Shown: positions 27,001 to 29,759, counted from the stretch's first letter. The stretch is DNA of 32,718 bases from Elusimicrobiota bacterium (GCA_043813605.1 JBDRKX010000111.1:1-32718), one strand, 5' to 3'. The notes: generated by a model not told the origin, from the sequence alone. Program-made: numbers and translations.

Positions 27001-29759
27001 TCATGTTCATTTGGAATATAGGAGATAAACCCCTTTACGCGGCCTTTCTTATCCAGCGAGATATCCATCCGGATCTCATTATTACTGTCAGCAATATCCT
27101 CGCGCCATTTGTTCATCAACCTGGGATATTCGAGCGAATATCTTTTCTGCGGATAGACTTCGACGATCTGTTTGATAATCTCGTCTTTTTCCCTGTCTCT
27201 GAGCCTTCCCCACATCTTTTTACCGTCCACTATGATTCCCAGTCTTCTGTCCCTGTTTCTAACAAGGGTTCTGCTTATCTTCCTAAAATCTCTTATACCC
27301 GGTTTTGCCTTCGGCCTTTTGGATAATCCTTTGAAACTGAATTTCTGTTTCTTAGCGGTATCGTCTCCGGCTGCTGTTTCACGTACGAGCTCTTCAATGG
27401 GTTTTCCCATCAATTCAGCCAGTTTTTCAATACGTGCCAGCATATGTTCATCTTGACCAACAGCTATATTGTCTGATCTCATCTCTTCACCAAGCAGTAT
27501 TCCAAACCGTTCATCTTTATTTTCTGCTAACTCTTCCTTAACGTATTTCCGGATATCCTTCTCATACATTTTCCTGTCAGGATAGAACAAACCCGTACTA
27601 TTTAATTTTTTGATCAGAGCGGGCTTATCGAACAAATAATAACCTTCGGAAGTACTCACTAATTCTATGTCCTTGTTCACTTTCCTGATGAGCGTTGATA
27701 AATCAGACGCCTTTTGGGGATCAGTCAATCCATCTACGGCTATTATCGGCCTGACTTCTCCCGCTACAACTGCCGCTTTTATGTCATCTGTTATTTCGGC
27801 ATCCGACCCTGTCTCTCTGATACGACTGTTCAGCCTGACAAGATTCTCCCTCACTTTGTCCCACAACAGATCTTCACGTATCTCTTTTGCGACTTCATCC
27901 GGCAATACCATCAGTTCCATGCTATCTTTGTCATGTCCGAGCATCAGTTCTTCACCGGCCATATCGAACTGGTATACAGGCTTACCATTGCGGATAATAC
28001 TTTTTTCCAGCTTATACCTGAATTCCTCTTCATCAATCGTTATACGCACATAGGCTCTGCCCCATTCACTCAAAAAGTCTTTGATATACCCAGTGATACG
28101 GTCTATACCGCTTACTCTGTATCCCATCTCCTCGAGAGCTTCACGGGCCCGGTTACCAATTGCTCTAGCTACCAGCCTTCTCCTGAACCACCGTTTGGGC
28201 CAGAACGGTTCCGGTGCAAGTGTCAATGATAATACATCTTCGTATGTCAGAAGTTCTCCGCCGCGGATAAATGAATAGTAACGGCTCCTGTCCGATTCAG
28301 TATGGCTAGTCACTACGGGCTTGATCATGACATATCCTATACCCCTGTGTTTCAGTATTTTCGCCACTCCATATGTATGAAAACCGCCCATGACCATCAC
28401 AACATTGTTTTCTTTCAGCTCTCTGTCTCCGAGAAAACTTTCCACGAATTTCCTGTCACGATCGAGCGCAACCCCATAGAACCGGCCCATCTCTTTAATG
28501 TAGGGTTCCAGTTCACTCAGTAAATAGCCTATAGTCTCAAACTCGTCTCTGCAGTTCTTTTCCAATTCATTATAATGTGCTTGGAATTCCCCTGTACTGG
28601 AATAAAACCTGTCGAGCTCCTGCGGCGACATCTGGTTCAAAAGGTACTTAACAAGCAGCTGTATGTAATCACTCACTGCGATATAGCTCTTCTCAGTGTC
28701 ATTTACGCATAATCCATTAGATACATTTAACACAGTTTTATCTTCTTCAGTGATCATCATGTACCCGTTTATCCGCTTTGACAATTCCAGGCACTCAAGA
28801 TAGTTTCTAATATTCTCATATCCTTTTTCTGAATGTATTATATTGTTCATCTCACTGCGCATACTGTCGGATATACTGAGGTAATTGCTAAACCGGTTTA
28901 TTAGAGCCGCAAGCTTGTCACCGTTTTCAAGCGCCATATCCATGCGCTTTAGCAGCCTTGTATATTCTTTCTCGATCTTTTCATAATCCAGAGATTCATA
29001 TTTGCGGTTCAATGAGATAAAGTTCGCGTATTCGGGTGATATCTGCCTTACAGTGGAACCGGTCCTTGCGGCCCAGCCTTCAAGATTTTTATAAAAAGTA
29101 AGTGGTTTGATGCGTTTCTGTCTGTATAATATATAATCCGTGCGGAATTTTCGCACATCAGAGCTGCATATCTTTTCTTCTGCTATCTTCAACAGGTACT
29201 TTATCCGTTCCAGGAGCTCGACAAAATCACTACGATGGTTAAGTGAAGACACCATCAGCTTAGAGTTCTTCTCGTACAAATCCCGGTCTTCTAACCCCTC
29301 TAGCACGGGGACACCTTTCGTAACCGCAAAACCCTCCGCACCGGTTATAAGGCCTTTTTTCATGAAATACTCCAGAACTTCATTACGGATATTAGTTCTG
29401 GGAATGGAAGTCAGAAGAGATACATCTATCTTTTCCGAACTGCCTTCTACACCTATTCGTGACACACCGTAATTTCCATCTATGTGATTAAGTATCTCAA
29501 GGATATTCTGCTGTGTCTCATAATTCGCGTGAAGGTCCTGAACCAGTATTACCTGCCGGCGGTTTGTACCAGGATTGTATCTTTCAAGTACTTTTCCGTA
29601 ATTAGCCGGTATCTCTATGTGATCGGCATATACCCGGCGGTCTGTTTTTTCGACATATTCAACAGCATACGAATAATTTTCAAATACAAATACAAAGATA
29701 AATGACAATACCATTATCCAGCTAACAGTCTTTATGTATATACTGCTGAGTATCTTCAT
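3..29759 (-). CDS. Giant multidomain secreted/membrane protein (>=9,919 aa; 3' end lies beyond the left window edge)
   Basis: ATG at 29759 (MKILSSIYIKTVSWIMVLSFIFVFVFENYSYAVE...). The same frame is open in every segment I translated, including inter-domain linkers, down to ...SLDDVITMNNYVSRKLAGY at base 3. The ORF track has no terminated minus-strand ORF in this frame over 29.7 kb, as expected for an unterminated ORF. Confidence 0.93.
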   Translation of the reverse strand, partial: MKILSSIYIKTVSWIMVLSFIFVFVFENYSYAVEYVEKTDRRVYADHIEIPANYGKVLERYNPGTNRRQVILVQDLHANYETQQNILEILNHIDGNYGVSRIGVEGSSEKIDVSLLTSIPRTNIRNEVLEYFMKKGLITGAEGFAVTKGVPVLEGLEDRDLYEKNSKLMVSSLNHRSDFVELLERIKYLLKIAEEKICSSDVRKFRTDYILYRQKRIKPLTFYKNLEGWAARTGSTVRQISPEYANFISLNRKYESLDYEKIEKEYTRLLKRMDMALENGDKLAALINRFSNYLSISDSMRSEMNNIIHSEKGYENIRNYLECLELSKRINGYMMITEEDKTVLNVSNGLCVNDTEKSYIAVSDYIQLLVKYLLNQMSPQELDRFYSSTGEFQAHYNELEKNCRDEFETIGYLLSELEPYIKEMGRFYGVALDRDRKFVESFLGDRELKENNVVMVMGGFHTYGVAKILKHRGIGYVMIKPVVTSHTESDRSRYYSFIRGGELLTYEDVLSLTLAPEPFWPKRWFRRRLVARAIGNRAREALEEMGYRVSGIDRITGYIKDFLSEWGRAYVRITIDEEEFRYKLEKSIIRNGKPVYQFDMAGEELMLGHDKDSMELMVLPDEVAKEIREDLLWDKVRENLVRLNSRIRETGSDAEITDDIKAAVVAGEVRPIIAVDGLTDPQKASDLSTLIRKVNKDIELVSTSEGYYLFDKPALIKKLNSTGLFYPDRKMYEKDIRKYVKEELAENKDERFGILLGEEMRSDNIAVGQDEHMLARIEKLAELMGKPIEELVRETAAGDDTAKKQKFSFKGLSKRPKAKPGIRDFRKISRTLVRNRDRRLGIIVDGKKMWGRLRDREKDEIIKQIVEVYPQKRYSLEYPRLMNKWREDIADSNNEIRMDISLDKKGRVKGFISYIPNEHDSVMLDHLRTDQEHEGRGIYLLDSLIRRLRTKNIIKVFWAADKGAAGFYHKYLWEKMDYSTKSDMEFTAYIDTYGKLSDEEIRIQKEFLDKYDAQLKDKEEIADPFLRNKKRVIDDSVRLSATISEAATRKKVKEDTRKTSTTQKVKEAKISGKDEILLWPENNRAEDRLKREISPYRTVSTPLPFRNKVVENVKMAGLKERIEAAREIAPQSSKAIIGLLTETPAGVYMDLTSDQKPAISDTVYAALDNHEIGIFESAAEKKGERYKYRLDASLDKLARAVYTVYGTGFDRTIPVMNLKAGLKLLDDLGLEKKIRVVGLGGLVKKNDTPDTVAAKVDRLRTKADSKNEFLVLDITDIRDYIAYIDIVSSFDAIVSGSDIDRDGFTRYGFVSLRKGKSLISEDAVYKNGFDIGASRIEDMATLIYEGIDFRQYEIDTIEYLVKSMIDRGIPADSFTYNIKENTIEINAKKILADFRGNKAKRLLLEIYAEGGILGETVESFTKKSVKLKVPGMVYDRDQLDFLIYVLARIKERSSGITRNTEIGEGIKEPGRYETVILPPFKVRVVEFLNKRMPKAARFAVLKARGWNQFKLAFEDRPGGDFLTDSGTGALSLEQVKVRKKAQQDYAGSASFDRFSNAVLGTAGLDIVLPTHQGRGAEKVVDSILVRPGMLVPGNKHFDTTVAQIETAGGIPTDLSGQALYEAVSDNPFKGNVDIKALRELFKKSADKVAYVLITATNNSGGGQPVSLANMKAVKELCDEYSEKTGRKILLALDGARFSENVEFIRDRGPGYQNMERIDIAREMLKNFDLMLMSSKKDAHVHMGGFVAARDIKINELGLPLEKMGIDEVVGKESIYELLKIFGTRDEGFPTYGGMNAEDMESLAVGIWEGLDGNYLKYRHEQIRYLAKRLEDEGIPIVTPAGGHAVFLDAKRFFPHMKQEEFPAQKLTTEIYLEGGVRAVEIGSLLEGRDPRTGESRLAKLDLVRLTIPRRAYTRGHMDYIVHTVKKVYDRREEIKHGVRITYEPPALRHFNANLEDIEDNSIDMGKGYKLYKLTDLETEDLVYLENVFNQTVTQEGDRYSVLVKDGKAFAYCREKVSGITEFKPIILFKTQSDEQEFNDMLKSYDKYVPVQETAAAIQPAKQKSERGPPGITGSYLPKTIRISILALCLSTILIPFQPGIEDYVLFNTFSLSKMSTTLGLTLFADYIAQMIEQRNLSPEEKKIDEKRWITEGFKHMFLVGVGLHILLEILSLLPGTPVFIAVQMLAMILLWSPLFHFMNISGSVLVSKKSLKEVLSKNTWVEIKDKFKKKFLGMTPEELMEIMRYKSKGESFNWFMQRFWKSILIKDFILYNCFVNPVRLFVLPYIGLQHLNILFGNLVFIPWIGYLSYKNREEDVKEISLAEKIIAGQKPPKITRLDNDMEVIVQESRRNPVVTLRVVVKTGAANEPEDLGVSHFLEHLFFQGTENRSSAEIKQEMSYIGANANAFTSHDMTCYHITVPKENFDRALDLLSDMIQHLSVLQENFERERKVIFQEMDDSRKDPSRVLGEYLNRTMLYTNSPYSHTVLGEPEKFSKLTVEDLMEYYRSRYVPNNMSFIVAGDIDPEEAAAKIKESFKDFRPGTVPADNHPVELPKTEYREGIIKWKGTNLTHTIYTWMVPGLVHPDSPVLDLIGVILGGENTSRLVTSLFEEKQLVHDIGAYAMQNKYIGEFTVIGLMDTENYEKTKEAIMEELDRFMSGGVTEEELERARKLMMAEKVFSLERVESQGGILTSGALVGYPELKAAYLKTISETTIDDIQRVAKKYLTKDRLTVATMKPDPDAEFPEIIPVEKQPARESYPETDPAGKKWIEEKYRSIKELRERVFVKEHERGRHAPEKIVLDNGLTVLISRENTNPSVVMGLFVKGGVRLENSENNGINSITTRMLVRGTKNRTYQDINEEVEDRGGFQGISAGSDYSHIALGLSSEDTSFGLELLGDIIKNPSFSDEDLEKVRHDILNGIKQMEEDSGSLMGNMVSANTHDSEHPYSFRIHGPVSNVKSFTKEDIGKWYETHFTPENMVLSVSGDVDTDTLMADIEKYFSGLVNRGPPPLEPAGRSPLWTGVKKPVERTHRKEAIVSLTFPAVTINSKDRYIFYVLRDILGSFGGRLFRKLRDEKSLAYSLGTDYNGRIDSGLFDFGVETAPEKIRETVETLWEEIEKLYAEGVTLEELDTAKRSITGRNKLMMQSNDGFCGLLASSEIHGVGYDSFIKSEERINAVTLEDIQRIIREYLRPDRYVLSIVTDEDTDIPEIEPAVFDRPAVSFPAIDTAIEYLEDDPQLNIYTEEEYAILADMISRMMPDAGIAGNNILISNQVSELYEWLKDLAVNEGDTVLLIASTESTLDAEEKRLKESVTRKFNIARSNDLDMERIKPKVVIVSNTDSYYSQEELEEMVNGLGDDVIVMINEGGNVFDAPSRAGLQRAVSAKKLIVTGTFPDGLKLAGEPLAFLVARPEMIQEFLKIKQPFNINALDIHIAQKYLQQRGIGRTEVLPAAEITSDKEYHESLSSIEREAIRNPALKPYKAGKGAKATLNDLLERIPGFDVPLAKLSSNENIGILPGKAIDAVVGRLEMIKEGREIFGYDRELSLTKQALSKHIDTKPENIFLGHGGSEVILRMVSALAAEGDTVVMPQASFVLYKLTSMIKGINIVEVPNKEDFSADIDGLLKAVEEKRPKILVLVNPSNPLGTVMDKKTLYGFIEKVKQASPKTVIIVDEAYYDYAKYQAVRDGWEFPDVVKDFINRGDRNVLVLRSFSKAPGLAGMRAGYAVAHPELIARIGRLQRADSLSAWAMLLIRYGLEEKEWIEETCRLNYENRNYMLREFETLRRQFPQFGFIDTLRTAGNFLFFQIKGKDGAQISRDLEDRGLIIKAVEGHWPRVTIGTRQDCERFIKALRELIEKEHKPEISGLRNRLKTWFGNSRLMGTMIAFMISFHLILFPFISRPPEAYLLSESSIRYHKEMILETGGEDVPHVDRSTYAGIVDRRASENTKKEVITHLYADLTGTVPESDIMHIMGDSTLYESYRGQLYDEIEKDYIGFKDNADDLIKQSDLEDGIKRGLLEILEKFNDRRSMTKKEKLETIELIAVIHSELTVELLTRYLAKETDLELMSKDMISLMQNVRFLASSGNLDKFFNAGSVKRLLNLVKNILPEIKKGDTNYTQIFYMAMNIIKDMDKDLTNEFCIKLVLDESLASGETLLVMAGEVLSRSNRLNAAQIQTLIEAAGRLTQGANLYAVVRALSSSAEAVGIIQDLLQKYPYDVTGKNNKQHLYLLNALNQLTMHGGISAEDINEKTVVMLMNHIRDQRIDMAKAVTDPETKQPLVYLEINTARMLGRIVSLALVEENIKLCDAIPEGYMTWILSEDGSSIEAFKKILKERGYSEGDVMQAAEQSERLKIEQGARKYFIEGVLDDGRLSPRHLIKIANAPLIAPHAGKESFESMEYILRHQQFFRSMAKHLLEELDSWQNALVALEDDEQKVYAGKKQYSDEYWTNWIKNYVMPDWKHAVDEENPELFKMSPVARLWMFKKLFRIRHRAQLDYLNAGSDAERSRWTKQATKNVRIYPYEELQAKSQPGFMAYVSCEGSQRGDIVFASEFLDSPLGIAFFLEFIAPHEAFHWTREFTNINKDIGEIYLLGASGMHFIDLIHRMSSGNKNDVRAFIDKVISMSAKSKEKDNDKIIEAVTKTMIEEHKDYGDSFALQVYLGFLSKYIEGVILYERDDIINIRDAVLKVFGKDYLTAEEVKDWDWQNIVSKLRSDIFTEAVPWYTPAGIPMNWLDTYSLGPELSGLIGRSVAYPVKYAKAARIFMNLFINGNSPEKSAFVAQVIGLFMNGDNWTERQGLVARVAQHLNKASDDVLLFELVNDAVNKRLRELALTEKIGDGAGFKDVLERAKKFVEGFNDSISKDDFIKDIGTKISREYEKGKRERFATVYDNLPAPVVQTRIIDDKPLKIMKEFVVEVKLTKPRETELEILRDQSDKSDDIRIIKVMGEQESYIGQEEVKLLFVMNTGSKMEFGEREIPLVSVRTYIPGEDKAGKSTISHIKMPSFTVESVTKAIHPILLKLKDLKTGFTKRLSNFDPVARIVAGIFAVPIIIFLFRFILRSIRRKRGMDIEPEDPAETALNELSALERFINTDRDSQKVFYTIISESLKKFTVRQLNLGNEHRDTEELIAAVNAINKISTTQKEFLRNLLKNSDLVMYVDSTMSPIKMKNDLATALNFVKTVNNENPLEYKKKTRFFSMKRAAVFGAVFTLITLAFEGYAFSGQGLGQTAVDGLSFKNPLFLSLIPVVLTVLGIRYYKKKKDLAKRAFDYSNTDLFPEQKSWATRFGFVPGFVDLLRYLLIVVALAGPQLGFVKHVNRVPVRDIMAVFDKSGSMGMVIGKAQEINGYRVSQEAFNKYLDMQRDTSSRIGIIKFGDQTNVIAYPTRDYNGLRDMMKIKQKLVDSTAMGEAMAGALNALIETNFVEDEKVPDELKELVYKGKLDEAIAELKDSNPVLHDSILKKLEGASVIVLSDGFGNAGAYDPMEVASDAKTLKINIFMIGAALDGAGKIDAGMMQSIADMTDGLFVMAHDLDGLDAAYKKISEKQRKMVPVSETVQNDITWIFALLALGTLGLRIILASTRLTTLFALLISLNLAFFGRQGIGVESAQAMENEKGSLFSMGIPDTVTNRGIKDYFLKNGFLTEKAEMPEDSPMTPATVEKGQQVPGIGQKIAAGFEALDRMIPVKLFDNIEGLEEGNELFKNGEYLKALHKFHEVRIQNPDLLEPLINIGSVLVKMGERDPAFKKKAMVYFQNVVEMGEAALDKLNYDEILDKKRRGIISTEEFEKKHIKIMTIKSIMSYAVYNQANTKLTMKEKDTMLSAKELYEKALMIDENNSEARFNLEVIQREMQKQQSKKEQSKKKGKEKEKGKKGKKSKQKQEPNQQKNKSDAEKGADEKIKKLFEYNKRKAKHSEPYTHGKKVWSIMLPFFGLSAAYETLLSPGATWAAEKGILEKLADGSIISFANPNLLWAVLPVAAAVVLVSWGSVKKGLKNALKWAEGGVPDKLKDWAGFRRFIIRTIGKVIVATALIAVMAVPRGGLEKAPFGSSSTYVWIDISASTVYSEEPRFHNAIRQAEQLSKYSKGNRLGLGVFSGQAMPLTALSNNYSNYNIFLKRLKADPKDMMARTAGYQNIDMQHIDSDSMFERTDVATAIFEGIERINNTTGLDKEEKKFMLLISDFENFGKDDLLNKAIEEAQKNNIIILTMCLGEKPSRMPIKNDKGEVIEYIENSHGSHAVSEPDPGRAQYIANRSGGKFIKAGDGSAVDMLKEASGRIKTKAKSYLDRFKDLSRWFLIPALFIDLLIGMFSNRSFFRKKKEITDSGSKEKPSIFKRLSLKNKGAINLAVLATGFVLALAGPSEAAGITEKINEYLNDISLRTWDSHLLHGYIILGMSVIFFLEIVFRKRILSMAGIIWDRISRKRKILKSIDSLFLEIRDENAEDTETLKSLKAVPARRDITKAEIIELKKFLDEWKDLKPAEQKEELLVQLKERERLWVEKVLLAYMYTNSDDLLNAVEQSLKIFAQQGYDHYVWGDVIKNLLINEKRKHFSWLDSPDLVVKLMNIWEISQDDTGARLILNSLKKHPKKEIRETALDKLSYIDESYENYRHPLSVKRALAVMLVIFNLTVWTAIAGFATYSHINLKIQQSEVLYQSFVKMFGKNSMILDGVYSDPLIKEKVLPVLLHWWDPDYEGKWIEALEYLKSSPDQGAGNILLSLLETGDLVNVTGRDFKQEVNKVLEARGTDSIWVYKTYIENNLNGLVSFRDYKRIIDSAEKITVKNLDNEHGPEAFSAIFKALKHKNQKISEYAFNKVVSIYKDHNAAKMMLQVLALYEKDHELLMKFGYYLVFADDAELSRLQGPILWFLQDKPEFQTKMIGAYFDRYQLAEDKDKKAVIESLNWLFSGMSKLDIGIKNAAQTENVYIINPKLIPHILTAISSIDIDGVAKLMSNFLILPDTEARTKVLEFLKKHGEKGRQALVEVAQRNIRNKNIFSKYDDSLYNHDLSIQMIEFIGESDNLAENKEYRDFLAIFKLAHPDAAFIALDHLNRVGDLDAVAWFLESDHQEIRLKALDYLKARGTEGRKALARTMILDKKKRPVTMHAEGHFKIMYKVLNNEELSDAVIGFLSEGVLEEEDVVVEALVSFAEVPGGVNLEAGKKVIDILKNKGMMKELSQFLQNENWDIQSVVIDKLMETPAEGIRLIKQRVMEGANILIKLRNVNDHSKTVTYRYERPEWYERLRTWNGKKINDYILAGKDYTSENLTVVTLMTAVRMNDDYKAEIKGILSGISQKITAQTAKETIRRLADITKNEDYSLWYEREVISAGIWALIYNPDTSVAEMALKEVTRKSLADPDWSLHNTKDEVIGTFIKEGVGTDYRSELYKTLRDKGGLDILALFETKIINGSSSQFNFDDMKMIFLLKESLNPDVRKKAVELLAKVDTDVGESTIIYEVLDEIEKLEKVTQLEKDIVKHLLNHSNQEVREKAREVKDSIKSEKTAKLAEDKGLLAAGQKGIPGGLPFMLSIIPAMVPAVVRRKYKLIETKIKALSSALPAGGFRSLFIGASRSEEIEDLVPYEEGMPARDINWKYSARVDEEFINRYREIRDFPVVVILDKTPSLNMNTQGISKREAAENIAGALILAARENDQSVGLITLSDIVKSHKLTTNPRNIARILTGIWGEKETGKTGFPLKTEKRPVFRNIFGVFRKGKKISPETSNTKLSQAIDAAARSLKSRTLVFVISDFYSDGFSDSLARLKNKNNIVVPIVINDVREIHLPDVGKIAVRDLESGKVREIDTGALKHKFARKAAEIRNRLKEIFKNKVIFTTINGNDHGYFEPVVKYFRDLNRARRSALYYQLSLSLRRKIEDKLGELDPAETDQFIRMLGENGISSYEETEEGYDLEYSPAFIEFVSNLLGIDPQDTELSFKGHEYAHIAIDEYFKKYSRRGKKLHVKLYRSMRFGKNKNVYTGFLESLENNKYRGLLNDLIPRMIKEHVKHDREIPLKVLARKYGEETVVKELIAILFSYYFEGRKGKGSPFIDNSYFNENPGMFQQLSELVGQHFPHLYDTLELDKTIDNIVLGGKLSGLPFVNRAVLSDYRSPEPSCELKQEYIQRLLLKLKKDDISIKEKINTQLENRSRSLNEKLVYTPRNAAELDSNVVMDNSLIKELMKEVGRVIKGQEHMVMSVIMGLLVKRGHILIEGMPGLAKTLLVSTIASTIRRDGGQDTSGLADAKKKVKRIFSRIQMTSDTQPTDISGVTIFRKELGKFIKEEGPIFAVLVLVDEINRALPKTQSALLEAMQEMQVTIDKETYALHELFTVLATQNPIEQDGTYQLPEAQQDRFLMKIKTGYPSRKDERKIAEQADKGGAALVRVKEILSLDQLMKMRATVENIHMDSRLHDYITEIVRATRLEDGIYRELLPDWTGRIEAGASPRACIAFIKASKARAFMQGRGYVLPEDIRAVSEDILRHRIILSSAAEEDLIPEHFIRDIINSIDPPDLKPADAADNLISEIKKAADYVSEAAGHIVQDIDELSLAGEKIALSLALISDIEKESSEKSKEGWDHREKELRIRKELAGLKHDIKELTERITREEKAIRVNRDWFEHLPSKIKAHDSKVKESRELIIGLKQEVSKVIIGQEHMIDSVITGLIVDRGHILLEGMPGLAKTLLVSTIARAIKVDGAKETIGLKEARSELRSIFSRIQMTPDMQPTDISGVTIFRKDLGEFITEKGPIFAVLVLVDEINRALPKTQSALLEAMQEMQVTIDKTTYKLHDLFTVLATQNPIDQEGTYPLPEAQLDRFMLKVKTGYPSYEEEVLITRQADEGGAEAVNINAVISLAELLKIREIVEDIYVDDSLIRYITDIVRATRLDEEKFIEMLPYWAGIANKEDMADIIKTVSDMRKISWGASPRALLAFVKASKARAFMHGRGFVIPEDIKMVAEDVLRHRVVLSDNAEEGNTPEEFIRDIIDAVEVPELKEAGIIDRLAEEINSAEKYIFSAREHIVVDRDELIMAKRDISVADDMITRIEKRITAARKDYDLPEERLAAILNNITVLKESIADVNKQLSKKGELYGRKDEWMLSRLPAAIRDNTVKVREAYKLVNELEREVSKVIKGQEHMIRSVIMGLLLRRGHILIEGMPGLAKTLLISTIAKAIIEDDGVQTGRTEEARQELRTIFSRIQMTSDMQPSDITGVTILKREYEDTAVPEGHDINTVKEELSRFITEKGPVFAVLVLVDEINRAKPKTQSALLEAMQEMQVTIDKNTYKLHDLFTVLATQNPVEQEGTNPLPEAQLDRFLMKIITDYPTYEEEIAIARQANEGGAEIIKVNGVITLKHLLELRSVISGIYINRSLKNYITDIVRATRNPEEIEGLSEVKNMILAGSSPRAVEALIWAAKANAFMHGRGYVLPQDIKAVALDVLRHRIIITVDAEYREADADTIVKSILSRVPLVDTDEIKAIEKIQITAGHTTRKTESRVKNIISKILEMGRKSKTVVFSFGEIDKTKDIAEYEKIAGEIENYDLINNMAKTLVSEKGVIVADPAIAETLIEQDKALFSAGNNRLYIPYDLAENIDPLQKSLDMAISASKNTGSLPPYDGSNIHYVLKDNLETAGYKDILNLLNIIGHNRNIANRAAVSAGLADESILSNPFLTEMNEEQVNEFVRNEWIKWFDPAEDVSVNLELYLNKLIKSANSGVMIPPDDFKKLNINIIDIIARSHAEVLTMIMFANSVNPGWMDLASEGLLVDGAKDSRSLADGIQSMLMDPVTGTVRRLMSVTGLVRIAEAEPRMGERVLEQLSVYAGVSSIEVGEMTSYGSGTDVLTLDAKIALKAAALAEESPVLAERVLRIISGFEKYEVGGRQLTGEELSAHITAELSGREILSHALWFDLYVDASLDDVITMNNYVSRKLAGY
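1390..2450 (-). other. moxR: Domain: MoxR-family AAA+ ATPase, copy 3
   Basis: GMPGLAKT, VDEINRA, ATQNP, LPEAQLDRF, GSSPRA and LRHR are intact; there is an extra ~20-aa insertion (EYEDTAVPEGHDINTVKEELS). Confidence 0.95.
2820..3880 (-). other. moxR: Domain: MoxR-family AAA+ ATPase, copy 2
   Basis: GMPGLAKT, VDEINRA, ATQNP, LPEAQLDRF, GASPRA and LRHR are all intact. Confidence 0.95.
4255..5270 (-). other. moxR: Domain: MoxR-family AAA+ ATPase, copy 1
   Basis: GQEHM, Walker A GMPGLAKT, RIQMT, Walker B VLVDEINRA, ATQNP, LPEAQQDRF, GASPRA and LRHR. Confidence 0.95.
5670..6100 (-). other. Domain: second putative zincin-like site (HEYAH)
   Basis: LEYSPAF...FKGHEYAHIAI (5949-5963), with a distal VVKELIA candidate Glu ligand. 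Confidence 0.4.
6215..7150 (-). other. Domain: DUF58 (MoxR-associated VWA-like) protein
   Basis: GGFRSLFIG, PYEEGMPARDINWKYSAR, YREIRD, VILDKTPS, VISDF and LPDVGKIAVRDLESG. Confidence 0.88.
7280..10500 (-). other. Domain: long alpha-helical HEAT/ARM-like region with one internal TM (~9840-9905)
   Basis: Recurring HEAT-like units: HPKKEIRETALDKL, LESDHQEIRLKALDYL, LQNENWDIQSVVIDKL, SLNPDVRKKAVELL and LNHSNQEVREKA. Confidence 0.55.
10835..11872 (-). other. batB: Domain: BatB-like VWA membrane protein
   Basis: ISFANPNLLWAVLP, AVPRGG, WIDISAS, FSGQA, RTDVATAI, LISDFEN, IANRSGGKF and DLSRWFLIPALFI. Confidence 0.82.
11985..12680 (-). other. Domain: BatC-like TPR protein with K/Q/E-rich low-complexity tail
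   Basis: EGNELFKNGEY, NIGSVL, YNQAN, YEKALMIDENNSEARFNLE, a QSKKKGKEKEKGKKGKK tract, and an end at GKKVW (BatC proteins end in a similar ..W). Confidence 0.75.
13010..14056 (-). other. batA: Domain: BatA-like VWA membrane protein
   Basis: N-terminal LSFKNPLFLSLIP, VALAGPQ, intact MIDAS DKSGS (13755-13769), STAMGEA, LSDG, and a C-terminal TM. Confidence 0.88.
14210..15070 (-). other. Domain: DUF4381-like membrane protein normally encoded between DUF58 and batA
   Basis: Beta-rich segment, then TM IVAGIFAVPIIIFLFRFIL, then PAETALNELSAL...SFYTIISESLKKF...DTEEL...NSDLVMY, a pattern typical of that bat-operon gene. Confidence 0.65.
15960..16200 (-). other. Domain: putative zincin-like metalloprotease site (HEAFH)
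   Basis: GFMAYV...GDIVF...FIAPHEAFHW (16035-16049), followed by a candidate third ligand in DIGEIY. Confidence 0.45.
18190..19345 (-). other. hisC: Domain: intact histidinol-phosphate/aromatic aminotransferase (class Ib PLP)
   Basis: LKPYKAGK, KLSSNEN, GHGGSEVI, VNPSNPLGT, VDEAYYDY, RSFSKAPGLAGMRAGY (Lys 18618-18620), GNFL and RVTIGT. Confidence 0.9.
19440..20090 (-). other. Domain: degenerate HisC-like aminotransferase large domain (no PLP Lys)
   Basis: QLNIYT, NNILISN, EGDTVLL, KPKVVIVSN, VMINEG and LIVTGTFPDGLKLAGEPLAFLVARPEMIQEFLKIKQPFNINAL. TFSK has become TFPD, DEAY has become NEGG, and the C-terminal small domain is absent. Confidence 0.75.
20155..22765 (-). other. Domain: M16B (PqqL/pitrilysin-like) zinc peptidase, both halves fused
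   Basis: GVSHFLEHLFFQGT (inverted HXXEH, 22623-22637), NANAFTS, EKVIFQE and YVPNNM. The second half (LDNGLTV...TTRMLVRGTKNR...LRDEKSLAY) lacks the zinc motif and carries the R/Y pair. Confidence 0.93.
22830..23420 (-). other. Domain: Mpv17/PMP22-like multi-TM membrane domain
   Basis: LFADYIAQMIEQ...KKIDEKRW...LHILLEILSLLPG...LLWSPLFHF...ILFGNLVFIPWIGYLSY follows the DxxAQ...DxxR...SP...NxV..WxxYLS family pattern. Confidence 0.65.
23895..25335 (-). other. tnaA: Domain: intact tryptophanase (PLP beta-eliminating lyase)
   Basis: DFLTDSGT, DYAGS, PTHQGRGAE, HFDTT, NNSGGGQPVS, MSSKKD (PLP Lys 24552-24554), EGFPTYGG, GGHAVFLDA, RAVEIGS, RLTIPRR and YEPPALRHF. LRHF and RAVEIGS are TnaA-type rather than TPL-type. 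Confidence 0.92.
25400..26460 (-). other. Domain: degenerate (pseudo-enzyme) tryptophanase/tyrosine phenol-lyase copy
   Basis: PLPFRNKVVENVK, VYMDLTSD, TIPVMNLKAG, IEDMATLIYEG...IEYLVKSMIDRGIP and EIYAEGGI...KLKVPGMVYDRDQLDF are colinear with TnaA. The PLP motif SxKKD is replaced by SDIDRD, and THQGRGAE is lost. Confidence 0.75.
26840..27110 (-). other. Domain: GNAT-family acetyltransferase-like
   Basis: GRVKGFISY...VMLDHLRTDQEHEGRGIYLLDSLI...AADKGAAGFYHKY resembles GNAT motif A (xxxGxG) and the AxxFY motif. Confidence 0.6.
28310..29560 (-). other. Domain: TraB/Tiki/ChaN/EreA-like N-terminal domain with a large helical insertion
   Basis: Motifs VILVQDLH (~29529-29552), IGVEGS, LITGAE, LEGLED, and later RDRKFV and VVMVMGGFHTYGV (~28377) match the H...E...R/GxxH pattern of this superfamily. 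Confidence 0.6.
29664..29759 (-). other. N-terminal Sec signal peptide of the giant protein
   Basis: Basic n-region (MK...K), hydrophobic VSWIMVLSFIFVFVF, and an SYA|V cleavage-like site. Confidence 0.75.

Noticed and set aside
394..29705. The many short plus-strand ORFs in the track
   Set aside because: They are antisense shadows of the giant gene: Ser/Phe/Ile-rich, without recognisable motifs, and mirroring the MoxR repeats.
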